DNA of 63,132 nucleotides, the filler included. It is 7 parts of 7 records of this genome, joined end to end, with 100 filler letters (N's around TTAATTAATTAA, not from the genome) between each part and the next. Parts side by side here need not be neighbours in the genome. Positions count along the whole stretch, not along the records: positions 16,588 to 32,537 come from SRR31147125_6429; 6 more parts are not named here. One strand, 5' to 3'. A program made the translations under genes and the position numbers. This document shows positions 20,499 to 30,376 of the stretch, one piece after another (position 1 is the first letter of the stretch; each line of letters begins with the position of its first letter). Below the pieces are notes generated by a model that worked only from the letters and a program-made list of their open reading frames with translations, did not search any database and was not told the DNA's origin.

Positions 20499-21134
20499 TC
20501 ATTCACCAACAGAAGAATAACGCCTCCTGACAAGATACACAATCAAATAAATAAAAGGAGTATCTATCAAGGCGATTATTAATTTCACAACATACTGTCC
20601 CCACACCAACTGACCAATTTGCTGCACTCCGTAAAAAGCAATGGTTATAAAAATGAGGGTGTCTAATAATTGGGATACCATGGTTGAAAGATTATTTCGT
20701 AACCATAAAAATCGCCCATTGGTTTTTTTCTTCAGAAAATGAAAAGCCCACACATCATGAAATTGACTGACAAGATAGGCAATAAAACTGGCGACAATGA
20801 TTCGGGACGTTCCTTTTAAAATGGTTGCGAACGCCTCCTGATGTGGCCAAAAAGGTGCGGAAGGAACAATTATGGCAATATTGACCAACAAAAGAACAAA
20901 CAGTAAGGACACAAATCCCACCAACACGACCCAATTCGCCTTTGACCTGCCCCATATCTCGGAAATACTATCTGTGGCAATAAAAGTAATGGAATAAGCC
21001 AGCACACCAGCCGGAACGAATAATCCATATATGGAAATAATTTTACTGGCTAACACGGACGCAATTGTTAAACCTGAAATAAACAGCCCGACCAAAACAA
21101 CAAAGGCTTTTTCATCACTCCTGTCTTGCTTCAT
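20499..21134 (-). CDS. Queuosine precursor transporter (VUT/YhhQ family)
   Basis: TDSISEIWG, RIIVASFIAYLVSQFHDV, LWLRNNLSTMVSQLLDT, DTPF. Confidence 0.9.
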   Translation of the reverse strand: MKQDRSDEKAFVVLVGLFISGLTIASVLASKIISIYGLFVPAGVLAYSITFIATDSISEIWGRSKANWVVLVGFVSLLFVLLLVNIAIIVPSAPFWPHQEAFATILKGTSRIIVASFIAYLVSQFHDVWAFHFLKKKTNGRFLWLRNNLSTMVSQLLDTLIFITIAFYGVQQIGQLVWGQYVVKLIIALIDTPFIYLIVYLVRRRYSSVGE

Positions 21135-21380
21135 TCTCTTTTCCTTTATCTATATCTTTTTTACGCTTCAGAAACACCTTAAAAGTCAATCTGATTCCAT
21201 CAATTCTGCATATTCAGTCATAGACGGAACCCTGGAATGTTTGCGATTGTATAAAAACTTATAATTTAATATATTTGTGAAAGATAACAACAAATATCTG
21301 ATACATCTATGCAAGTAAAAAAAGATAATCAATACGAATGCAGTCAAAAAAATTATAGAATTCACATAAGGATAGGCACA

Positions 21381-24170
21381 GTGAAAAAACTCATTATTTT
21401 TCTATTCCTCTCTTTTGTTCCTACGGTTTTCTCGCAAGTGGTCACCTGGAGCCCGCTATTCCCTGCTGAAGATGACACCATTACTATTGTTTTCGACGCA
21501 ACCCAGGGCAATAAGGGTCTTGTTGGGGCCTCTGACGTATATGCGCATACAGGCGTCATTACGGATCAAAGTTCTGGACCAAGTGACTGGAAATATGTAA
21601 AAACAACCTGGGGTCAAAATACCCCGGATACTCGCCTGGAATCCCTGGGCAACGATAAATGGCAAATCAAATTTCATATAAAAAGTTATTATGGCGTCCC
21701 GGATAATGAAAAAATATTAAAGCTGGCCTTTGTTTTTCGCAATGCAGACGCTTCCAGAGAATGTAAAACTGTTGAGAACGGTGATATCTTTATACCATTG
21801 TATGAACAAGGATTGAATATCAGTTTATTGGCACCAACAGTGACGCCTCTCTTTGTTAGCCTGGGTGATACATTTCAGATTGTGGCTGTCGGTTCTTCTT
21901 CATCAACCATAACACTGTATATGGATCAGATACAAATTTTTCAGACAGATGAGGATACATTAACCTATACTTTAAACGCCGATGAATTAAGCAAGCGTGA
22001 CCTTTTAATCGTTGCAGAGGACGAATCAGGAAAACAAAAAGAGATTACCTTTGAATTTATTGTCTATGAACCACCCCTAACAGCAGATCTTCCGCCTGGT
22101 ATTGAGGATGGAATTAACTATACAAGTAGCACAAATGTTGTACTTTCTCTATTTGCACCCCATAAAAATTTTGCCTATGTCATTGGTGACTTTAATGACT
22201 GGCAAATTGATCCGGCATACTATATGAAAAGAACGCCGGATGGTAACCGTTATTGGCTTGAAATAAACCAGCTGGAACCTCAAAAAGAATACATCTTTCA
22301 GTATCTGGTGGATGGAATAAAGCGTATTGCAGATCCTTACACGGAAAAAATATCCGATCCATGGCACGATAAGTGGATAACGGATACGACCTATCCAAAT
22401 TTGATTGCCTATCCGGAAGGAAAAACAACAGAAATCGCTTCTGTTTTGCAAACAGACCAGGAAGTTTATACCTGGCAGGTAACCGATTTTGAAAAACCGG
22501 AGATTCAGGATCTGATCATCTATGAAATGCTGTTACGAGATTTTGTCAGTAACCATGATTTTAATACACTCACGGATTCCTTATCTTATTTCAAACAACT
22601 TGGAGTCAATGCCATCGAGCTTATGCCCTTTTCTGAGTTTGAGGGCAATGACAGCTGGGGCTATAATCCTTCCTTTTACTTTGCTACAGATAAATACTAT
22701 GGTCCGAAACAGGATGTGAAAAGATTCATTGACGAAGCCCATAAGCAAGGCATTGCCGTAATTCAGGATATTGTTCTCAATCATGCCTATGGTCAATGTC
22801 CATTGGTGCGGCTCTATTCAGACGATATGGCGAGGAATCCATGGTTTAATCAAACGTCACCCAATCCTGTGTTTGCATGGGGATTTGATTTTAACCACGA
22901 AAGCCAGTTCACCAAAGAGTTTGTTGATCGTGTCACCTCCTTTTGGCTGAAAGAATACAACGTGGATGGTTTTCGTTTTGATTTCACCAAAGGATTTACC
23001 AACACCCCTGGAGATGGAGGCGGCTATGATGCTGCACGCATCGCTATACTGAAAAGAATGGCTGACCAGGTATGGGCAACGGATTCGACCGCCTATGTCA
23101 TTCTCGAGCATTTTGCGGATAATCGGGAGGAAATCGAATTATCCGATTATGGCATGATGATCTGGGGTAATATGACATATAATTATGGCGAGGCAGCCAA
23201 GGGTTTTCATGATGGTGGCAGATCGAATTTTTCCAGGGTCTCTTATAAAACCAGATTCTGGAATAATCCGAATCTGGTGGCATACATGGAGAGTCATGAT
23301 GAAGAGCGCATGATGTTTAAAAATATAGATGCCGGCCGTATCTATAATAACTATAGTGTCAAAGACACTCTAACGGCTCTGCAGCGGACAAAACTGGCAG
23401 CCGCTTTCTTTTTCACTGTTCCCGGACCCAAGATGATCTGGCAATTCGAAGAGCTGGGATATGACTATTCCATTGACTATAAAGGTCGACTCGGCATGAA
23501 ACCTATCAGATGGGATTACCTGAGAGATCCTCATCGTCGCAGTGTATTCGATGTTTTTTCCGGTTTAATCAAGCTTAAAACAGATCATCCGGCTTTTGCC
23601 AGCACGGACTTTGAGCTGTCGGTGGCATCCGGACTCAAGAGCATTCATATCAATCATGAGAGCATGAATGTTGTCATCGTGGGTAATTTTGCAGTCGCAG
23701 CCAGCACAATCAATCCGAACTTTCAGCATTCCGGCCAATGGTATGATTTATTCTCAGGCGATTCATTAATCGTTGGTAATACTCAGGAGCCGATCGCTTT
23801 ACAGCCGGGTGAATTTTTTATTTTTACGGATGTTAAAATAGAAGAATCAGGCGTTGTAACCAGTGTAGAGCACGAATCGAATACAATTGTTAATTCTTAT
23901 GCGCTTTATAATAATTATCCCAATCCCTTCAACCCATCCACGTCCATATCTTATAAATTACCACAAACAACAGATGTGAATATAATCGTATTCAACATGA
24001 AAGGCCAGCTCGTGCGCACGCTGGTTTCAGGCCGGCAGAATAGTGGCACGCATCGAATTGTGTGGAATGGATTGAATGATAATGGAGAAGCTGTGAGTAG
24101 TGGTGTGTATATCTACCGGTTGGAAAGTCCCGAATTTACGCAGTCGCGCAAGATGTTGCTGATAAAATAA
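21381..24170 (+). CDS. Secreted GH13 alpha-amylase/pullulanase-like protein with CBM48 and C-terminal FlgD-Ig/sorting-type domain
   Basis: IELMP..WGYNP, DIVLNH, DGFRFD, EH, ESHDEE; tail NYPNPFNPST..WNG..SSGVY. Confidence 0.9.
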   Translation: MKKLIIFLFLSFVPTVFSQVVTWSPLFPAEDDTITIVFDATQGNKGLVGASDVYAHTGVITDQSSGPSDWKYVKTTWGQNTPDTRLESLGNDKWQIKFHIKSYYGVPDNEKILKLAFVFRNADASRECKTVENGDIFIPLYEQGLNISLLAPTVTPLFVSLGDTFQIVAVGSSSSTITLYMDQIQIFQTDEDTLTYTLNADELSKRDLLIVAEDESGKQKEITFEFIVYEPPLTADLPPGIEDGINYTSSTNVVLSLFAPHKNFAYVIGDFNDWQIDPAYYMKRTPDGNRYWLEINQLEPQKEYIFQYLVDGIKRIADPYTEKISDPWHDKWITDTTYPNLIAYPEGKTTEIASVLQTDQEVYTWQVTDFEKPEIQDLIIYEMLLRDFVSNHDFNTLTDSLSYFKQLGVNAIELMPFSEFEGNDSWGYNPSFYFATDKYYGPKQDVKRFIDEAHKQGIAVIQDIVLNHAYGQCPLVRLYSDDMARNPWFNQTSPNPVFAWGFDFNHESQFTKEFVDRVTSFWLKEYNVDGFRFDFTKGFTNTPGDGGGYDAARIAILKRMADQVWATDSTAYVILEHFADNREEIELSDYGMMIWGNMTYNYGEAAKGFHDGGRSNFSRVSYKTRFWNNPNLVAYMESHDEERMMFKNIDAGRIYNNYSVKDTLTALQRTKLAAAFFFTVPGPKMIWQFEELGYDYSIDYKGRLGMKPIRWDYLRDPHRRSVFDVFSGLIKLKTDHPAFASTDFELSVASGLKSIHINHESMNVVIVGNFAVAASTINPNFQHSGQWYDLFSGDSLIVGNTQEPIALQPGEFFIFTDVKIEESGVVTSVEHESNTIVNSYALYNNYPNPFNPSTSISYKLPQTTDVNIIVFNMKGQLVRTLVSGRQNSGTHRIVWNGLNDNGEAVSSGVYIYRLESPEFTQSRKMLLIK

Positions 24171-24203
24171 GGAAAATTTTCCCAATCGATTTTTTTCACA
24201 CTC

Positions 24204-24231
24204 TCTGGCCCGGGATTTTTCCCGGGCCAGA
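24204..24231. terminator. Strong hairpin after the amylase gene
   Basis: TCTGGCCCGGGA-TTTT-TCCCGGGCCAGA, perfect 12-bp stem. Confidence 0.6.
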
Positions 24232-24432
24232 TGTGATTCCATTACCTTTGTTTCCCGCTTTTTATCTCCATTCCCAAGGAAATATAGTACTATTCAGCCA
24301 GTGAGCAGACTTTTAACAAAATAATCCGGGAAAAAGTTTCTTTTCTGCAACAGGGGACAATTTTTTAACAACTTGAAGTAGGTTACATATATTATGCATC
24401 TTATCTAAATTTGCTAATGTCCAAACTCAAGA

Positions 24433-24456
24433 AACAAGGGGCGAAAGCCCCTTGTT
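24433..24456. repeat. REP-like hairpin
   Basis: AACAAGGGGC-GAAA-GCCCCTTGTT. Confidence 0.45.
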
Positions 24457-24688
24457 CAGTATTGCCCGTACTTGGATTGTATCTTGATAAAATAACTATT
24501 GCTTATTATATTCTTCGAAAACTATCTTAAAAGTCAGTGTTGTTGCAACTCATAAATGTGTCTGCTAATTATAGTGTTCGTAACGGCTGGTTCTGATACC
24601 ACAACATTTATTTTAATGGCTATTTACAGCTTTTACAACTACTGTTATAAACCAAATCATACCCCTTGTAATAACAGGAGAATATTTC

Positions 24689-27484
24689 ATGTCGAAATTG
24701 AGGAGTTTTTTTCATCTTATAACATTAATAAACCTGAGTTTGATTTGCTCACTTTTTGCTGCTGATTTTTCCATGGATAAATATAAAAACACGCATGATC
24801 TGATCAATTTACCGCCATGGGGACCCTATACGAAAAAGTATATTGGTCTGTCTCATATACCGGATTTGGATAAAGGAATGCGATTTGACGTGAGCGTGTT
24901 CCCAGGATTTTACCGCCGCAAGGTACAGGTACCAAATGTTTTTTTTGAATCTGATTACTATCCCTGGGAGGCATCCAGTAATCTGAATTATTTTAGTTTC
25001 AGACATGAGCTGGAATGGAAAGACCAGGTTTATACGGATATCTCTTATTCAAAAATAAACGAGCAAGCCAGATTAATCCGGGCTGAATGTGTTAACAACA
25101 CAGACATCAATCAGAATGTTGTTTTACATTATATTGCCTCCATCCACTTCCCTCCTTTAAAGGAATATTCACCTTATACGCCTATACATCCGGCTTTTGT
25201 CCATCTGCCCCAAAATACCAAATGGATCGATGCGCTTGATTACGAGGATCTAAAATTCGCTAAAGAGCGGCCACAGGACAATCTGGTTTACGATGGAAAA
25301 TATCGTGGCGAGATCAGGGCAGATGGATTTGTCAATGGGAGTGGAATCGGTCATTCCTTTGGCAGAGACAAGGGTGATATTGTATCTTACAAGGTAAACA
25401 TAGATTATGGGCTGAACAATGCTGTTTTGCAAATTCGATTCCGACTGGCTAAACATGAAACAGCCCATTTCAAATTAAAGGGAATGATAAAAAAATCATT
25501 GAGTCTATCCGGTGCAGAAAATGATTTTTCCATTATGGATATAACGGTTGGTCAGCTAAAGAAAGGTGATTTTACCTTTTCCCTGGAATCAGAGGGTGGT
25601 GAGGCAATCGAACTGGACGGCTTTGCCATTGGCGAAGCTGAGAACCTTCAGGGGATGTTTTTTTCCCAAATAGATTGGCAACCGGTACCGGAAATAATGG
25701 ATGGCCCGAAAAAGAAAAGTATTATACTTAAATATCAAGATACAGATTTATATTATGGCATTGTATGGGATTATGATCTGTCCCAGGTTCGTCAATTCTT
25801 TTGCCGCGATCTTGACAGCTATTTCAAACGCGTGGCCAACGACCATGTAAAAACCGTTTTTCAGGGTGAAGGAAAGGGACATTTCACCAATATCTTTTTA
25901 CGCCCCATTATTCTGGATCCGCACTCTTCAAAAGCCCTCTACGGTATGGTTTGTACCGGCACAAAAACAGAGGTTGAGGAGCAACTAAAATCATTTGAAT
26001 TCTCAGAAAGCAGTTGCCAGGCTATCTATAAAAAAGCAAGATCCGGAAAACCTGAATTTTCTCCGATCGACGAAGGTAAAAAATATATTTTCAGTCAACA
26101 AAAAATGGCGGCCACATCACTTTGTAATGTTGTCTATCCGGTTTATACTCAGCGGTCTTTTATCAGACACAATACACCCGGACGCTGGTGGGACTGCCTG
26201 TATACCTGGGATTCCGGTTTTATCGGTTTAGGCCAGCTCGAACTTGATGTTAATCGCGCCATAGAGTGCCTGAATGCCTACGTTACAGAACCGGGCTCAC
26301 AATCAGCATTTATACATCATGGCACACCGGTGCCAGTGCAGTTTTATCTCTTTTTGGAATTGTGGAACCGGACCCAATCCAGAGAGCTGCTCGAATATTT
26401 TTATCCCCGTTTGCGCCAATACCATCAATTTATGGCTGGACACCTGGGTAGTTCCACAACTCGATCGCAGAAATCAAATCTGTTAAAAACATGGGACTAT
26501 TTTTACAATTCCGGTGGCTGGGATGATTACCCGCCGCAAAAATATGTACATGAAAACAGTCTGGAACCGAATGTCAGTCCGGTGGTCAATACAACCCATG
26601 CCATCCGAACCGCTAAAATATTAAAATTGGCCGCTTTGGAATTGGGCTTAAAAAAAGATGTCAAAGAATATGACAAAGACATTAACATGTTTCGTGAGGC
26701 CCTGCAAAAATATTCCTGGGATGAGGAATCCGGCTATTTTGGCTACGTAACACATGATGAAAATGGCCAGGCAAAAGAAATTATGCGCCATGAGAGTGGT
26801 TTGAATTTTAACATGGGCCTGGGTGGCTGTTACCCGCTTGTCGCTGGCGTATGCACTCCGGATCAGGAGAAACGTCTTGTTCAGCATCTCAAATCCGATA
26901 AAGAGATATGGACAGACATCGGCTTATCAGCAGTAGATCAATCTGCGCCTTATTACAGGATTGACGGTTACTGGAACGGTGCCGTCTGGATGGCGCATCA
27001 ATGGTTTTTCTGGAAAACCATGCTGGACATGGGTGAAGCTGATTTTGCCTTCAAAATAGCCCAAACAGCCCTGGACCTGTGGAAAAGAGAAACAGAAAGC
27101 ACCTATAACAGTTTTGAACACTTTATCATTGAAACAGGCAGAGGCGCCGGCTGGCATGAGTTTGGTGGCCTATCAAATCCGGTTCTTAACTGGTTTCATT
27201 CTTATTTTATACCGGGCACACTGACTGCGGGCCTGGATGTATGGGTGAAGGAAAAAACGTTAAATGAAACTAAAAATAATCTATATGTAAAAATTAATGT
27301 GCTTCAGGATGGACAAACTAATAACCATACCATCATTGCCTGTATGAATCCGGATTACACATATAAAGTAATTTGGAATAGGAAGGATATAAAGTTTGAA
27401 GAACCGATGAAGGGGATTTTGTGGATTACGCTTCCCGGGAAGGTGGAGATTGGGGAATTGAGGGTTGAGGCGATTACTCGATAA
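24689..27484 (+). CDS. GH63/MGH1-like (alpha/alpha)6 glycoside hydrolase
   Basis: Signal peptide, YTWDSGF, SGGWDDYP, YWNGAVW. Confidence 0.75.
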   Translation: MSKLRSFFHLITLINLSLICSLFAADFSMDKYKNTHDLINLPPWGPYTKKYIGLSHIPDLDKGMRFDVSVFPGFYRRKVQVPNVFFESDYYPWEASSNLNYFSFRHELEWKDQVYTDISYSKINEQARLIRAECVNNTDINQNVVLHYIASIHFPPLKEYSPYTPIHPAFVHLPQNTKWIDALDYEDLKFAKERPQDNLVYDGKYRGEIRADGFVNGSGIGHSFGRDKGDIVSYKVNIDYGLNNAVLQIRFRLAKHETAHFKLKGMIKKSLSLSGAENDFSIMDITVGQLKKGDFTFSLESEGGEAIELDGFAIGEAENLQGMFFSQIDWQPVPEIMDGPKKKSIILKYQDTDLYYGIVWDYDLSQVRQFFCRDLDSYFKRVANDHVKTVFQGEGKGHFTNIFLRPIILDPHSSKALYGMVCTGTKTEVEEQLKSFEFSESSCQAIYKKARSGKPEFSPIDEGKKYIFSQQKMAATSLCNVVYPVYTQRSFIRHNTPGRWWDCLYTWDSGFIGLGQLELDVNRAIECLNAYVTEPGSQSAFIHHGTPVPVQFYLFLELWNRTQSRELLEYFYPRLRQYHQFMAGHLGSSTTRSQKSNLLKTWDYFYNSGGWDDYPPQKYVHENSLEPNVSPVVNTTHAIRTAKILKLAALELGLKKDVKEYDKDINMFREALQKYSWDEESGYFGYVTHDENGQAKEIMRHESGLNFNMGLGGCYPLVAGVCTPDQEKRLVQHLKSDKEIWTDIGLSAVDQSAPYYRIDGYWNGAVWMAHQWFFWKTMLDMGEADFAFKIAQTALDLWKRETESTYNSFEHFIIETGRGAGWHEFGGLSNPVLNWFHSYFIPGTLTAGLDVWVKEKTLNETKNNLYVKINVLQDGQTNNHTIIACMNPDYTYKVIWNRKDIKFEEPMKGILWITLPGKVEIGELRVEAITR

Positions 27485-28182
27485 TGATATTTGGATATGC
27501 GTGGTCTGGGATTTTCTTCCTGAGCCCAATTAACGATATTTTTCACTTTTGATTTAACATGAATATCTGGAACGATTTAAGCATCAATCGTATATAAATA
27601 CATCGAATCAAAAAAAACACAATTTATAATATATTATTTCCAGTAATCATATCAATCTATTTAAGGAATCGCCAAAATTGTTATATTTAAATTAAATTTT
27701 GTGATTTGTAAATATTTTACTTGTATTTTATTATTAACATCAATATGTTTTATTAATTGTTGATCTTATCTAGTCAGTTAAACTTGATTGATCGGGCTGG
27801 GGAGCTCTAATGACCGAATTTTGGGAAAAAGCGTAGACAGGTTTTTAACAGGTAGCCAGTTTATGCTTTTTTTTGTTCCAGGGGTCTACCATTCTGAGCT
27901 AGTAAAATAATTTTCTACGGATCCGGTAACTTTTTAAAAGTAATATCAACTGATTAAAATTTTCCGATCAAATATATCAGGATAACTGTGTAATAACGGT
28001 TCAATTATATGGTCCGAATTGCACATGTTTCATTTTATGCTATCACTTTAAAACTATATTAGATTTACATGTGTTGAATCGGGAATTTAAAGATGCAGTA
28101 TTACAAACAACTCTAATGGAAATAAATAAAATAATATTCAAATGGTTTCAGCTTCCAATTAACACAAACGAAAGAGGTTACT

Positions 28183-28678
28183 ATGAAAGTAAAAGTTAAA
28201 ACTATTTTTCTCTTAGCACTTAGTATTGTGGTCTTTTCCTTTTTTGAGCTGCGCGTCTATAATCCATGGTACAAAACAAGACATTTCAATTACTTCCGCT
28301 CCTGAATCTGCCGATGTCACGGTAAAAACTGCTGGCGGTGTTGTTGAATTCACAGGGAAAACTCCATCCGCAATCAAGCTCGCCAGAAAAAATGAATATG
28401 ATGTATTCATTAAACTGGCTGGTTATCAGGAATCAAAAATTCATATAGATAAAAACTTTGATGCTCTTTACCTGGGCAACATTCTTTGTGGAGGCATTAT
28501 TGGATTAATTATTGATGGGGCAAATGGTGCAATGAATAAACTTGAACCAGACGTTATTAATGTAACATTAGTGACTGCATTGATTGATAAGGATAAAAAG
28601 GAAACCTATGCAGTACTAAAGGCAATAGACTCTGAAGGTCAATTGCGTAATTTAGTAGTCCCTTTAATAAAATCATAA
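28183..28678 (+). CDS. PEGA-like domain lipoprotein; frameshift at T-run ~28240
   Basis: ATG after GAGG gives a signal peptide that joins LSCASIIHG.KQ..ITSAP..GKTP..GNIL.GGIIG.IIDG.NGA. Confidence 0.75.
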
Positions 28679-28831
28679 ATAATAAATCTTTATATTAAGG
28701 AAGCTGAAGCCACATTTTTATAATAAATCATTACATCGATTCTATCTTTATGAAATATTATAGGTTAGAATCTCACTAATTTGAACAGGTCCTGGTATCA
28801 AGTATAGAGCAGATCTATTAAGACAAATTAT

Positions 28832-29293
28832 ATGCTAACATATGCGAAAAATAGGATAGTTTACGTTATCTCAAATAACCTAATATCCTTTACTATATTA
28901 TTACTATTGTATTCAATTTCATATTCTCAGGAAAGCTATTTTGAAAATTCACCGTGGGAACCAGATGATCTTGCACCAATATATTCCTCATTTGACTCTA
29001 CTCAAAAATTTATCAAAAAACCAAGCATTTTTATCGCAAATACTCTGATCGGTTTTTATCAAAAAAAAATCGCGACACGTTCAGTGAGCAGATGCCCCTA
29101 TTTTATATCCTGTTCTAATTATGCATATTTTGCGGTTAAAAAATATGGATTGTTCATAGGCATTTGTTTTTTTATCGATAGAAATTTTTATCGTGAAAAT
29201 ATAGCTAGTTATTATCATTATGATTTACGAGAAAACAAATTTGGTATTCTAAAGTTGGACGATTCTTTTTACTTATTTGGAAAGGATTACTAA
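28832..29293 (+). CDS. YidD-like (membrane protein insertion efficiency factor/hemolytic domain) protein
   Basis: FYQKKI..RCPYFISCSNYA..AVKKYG..G..DR. Confidence 0.7.
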   Translation: MLTYAKNRIVYVISNNLISFTILLLLYSISYSQESYFENSPWEPDDLAPIYSSFDSTQKFIKKPSIFIANTLIGFYQKKIATRSVSRCPYFISCSNYAYFAVKKYGLFIGICFFIDRNFYRENIASYYHYDLRENKFGILKLDDSFYLFGKDY

Positions 29294-30182
29294 TGCATCG
29301 CCATTCAAGGCTATTAAGGTATTTGATGAGTTTATTTTATATTTCCATTCTATATTTTATGCCGTCAGATAGTTTTTCACAAAATAAAATGAATTATGCA
29401 AATCATCTGATGAATGAACAAGATTATTACAGAGCCATTTCAGAGTTTAAAAAATTATACTATTTTTCCAATAATATTGAAATAAAAAATGAATGTTTAC
29501 TTGATATATCCAGGGCTTATCTAAAAAGTAATAAATTTAAATTATCAATAAAATATTCTGCAAATCTGCTAAATCAACCAAATATAGATATACATCAACG
29601 CAATAAGGCTAACAATTATATAGGTCTTGGCTATTATGGTTTAAAAGTATTTTCAATGGCTGAAGACTATTTCAATAAAACTGTATCCTCGGATACAACT
29701 GGATATTCATTATTTTATTTATCATTAATCGATGTTGAAAAAGGAAAATATAAAAAAGCCAGTCTTAAATTTTCAAATATTGCTCAAAAATATCCCAAAA
29801 GTCAACTGTCTGGATTATCAAACCAACTGTCAGGTGAGGTATTGGAAGGACTTGATATAAAAGAAAGAATTCATCTCTTGCTACTTTTTTATCTACTATA
29901 TTTCCTGGCAGTGGTCAAATATATTGTGCACACTATTATGATGGCATACAAGCTTTCATCTATGTTGGCGCGTTTGCTTTTGCCACTTTTGCTTCATACA
30001 GGTATGACAAAAATTACAATAATAATTACATCACTACATATCTGGCGATATCTATAACCAGTTTGTTTCATATTGGAAACATTATTGGTGCGAATCGCAC
30101 TGCAAAATATTTTAATTTAAAACATCAACAAAACTTTTTAAATAACATTAGAGAAAAGGTATTTAGCCTGGATTTTCTGTAA
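29293..30182 (+). CDS. TPR protein with C-terminal TM2-like membrane region; frameshift ~29860
   Basis: DYYRAISEFK TPR repeats; shifted frame reads LSTIFPGSGQIY..GNIIGA..DFL*. Confidence 0.7.
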
Positions 30183-30376
30183 AGTCTCAGTTAGTCTCCT
30201 CCACCTTGACCTCGCTCGACTGAGGCCGGAACCAGCATTATAAAATCCACCCCACCAGGCTTTGAGAATAACAGCGAGCGAGCCCCAAATTTATTTGATA
30301 TTTTTAATACTAAGAAAACAATACCACCCGACCTCTTTTTACCTCAAACCACAATCTATCAAGTACATACTATCCC

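Noticed and set aside
21135-21300. preQ1 riboswitch upstream of the queuosine transporter
   Set aside because: No recognisable P1 stem with GUUC loop and A-rich tail on the minus strand.
27790-27900. c-di-GMP-I riboswitch-like words (GGTAGCCAG, GGGTCTA) with a hairpin
   Set aside because: The motifs are in the wrong order and the GGCAAAC/GCAAA P1-P2 signature is missing; only a generic hairpin is supported.
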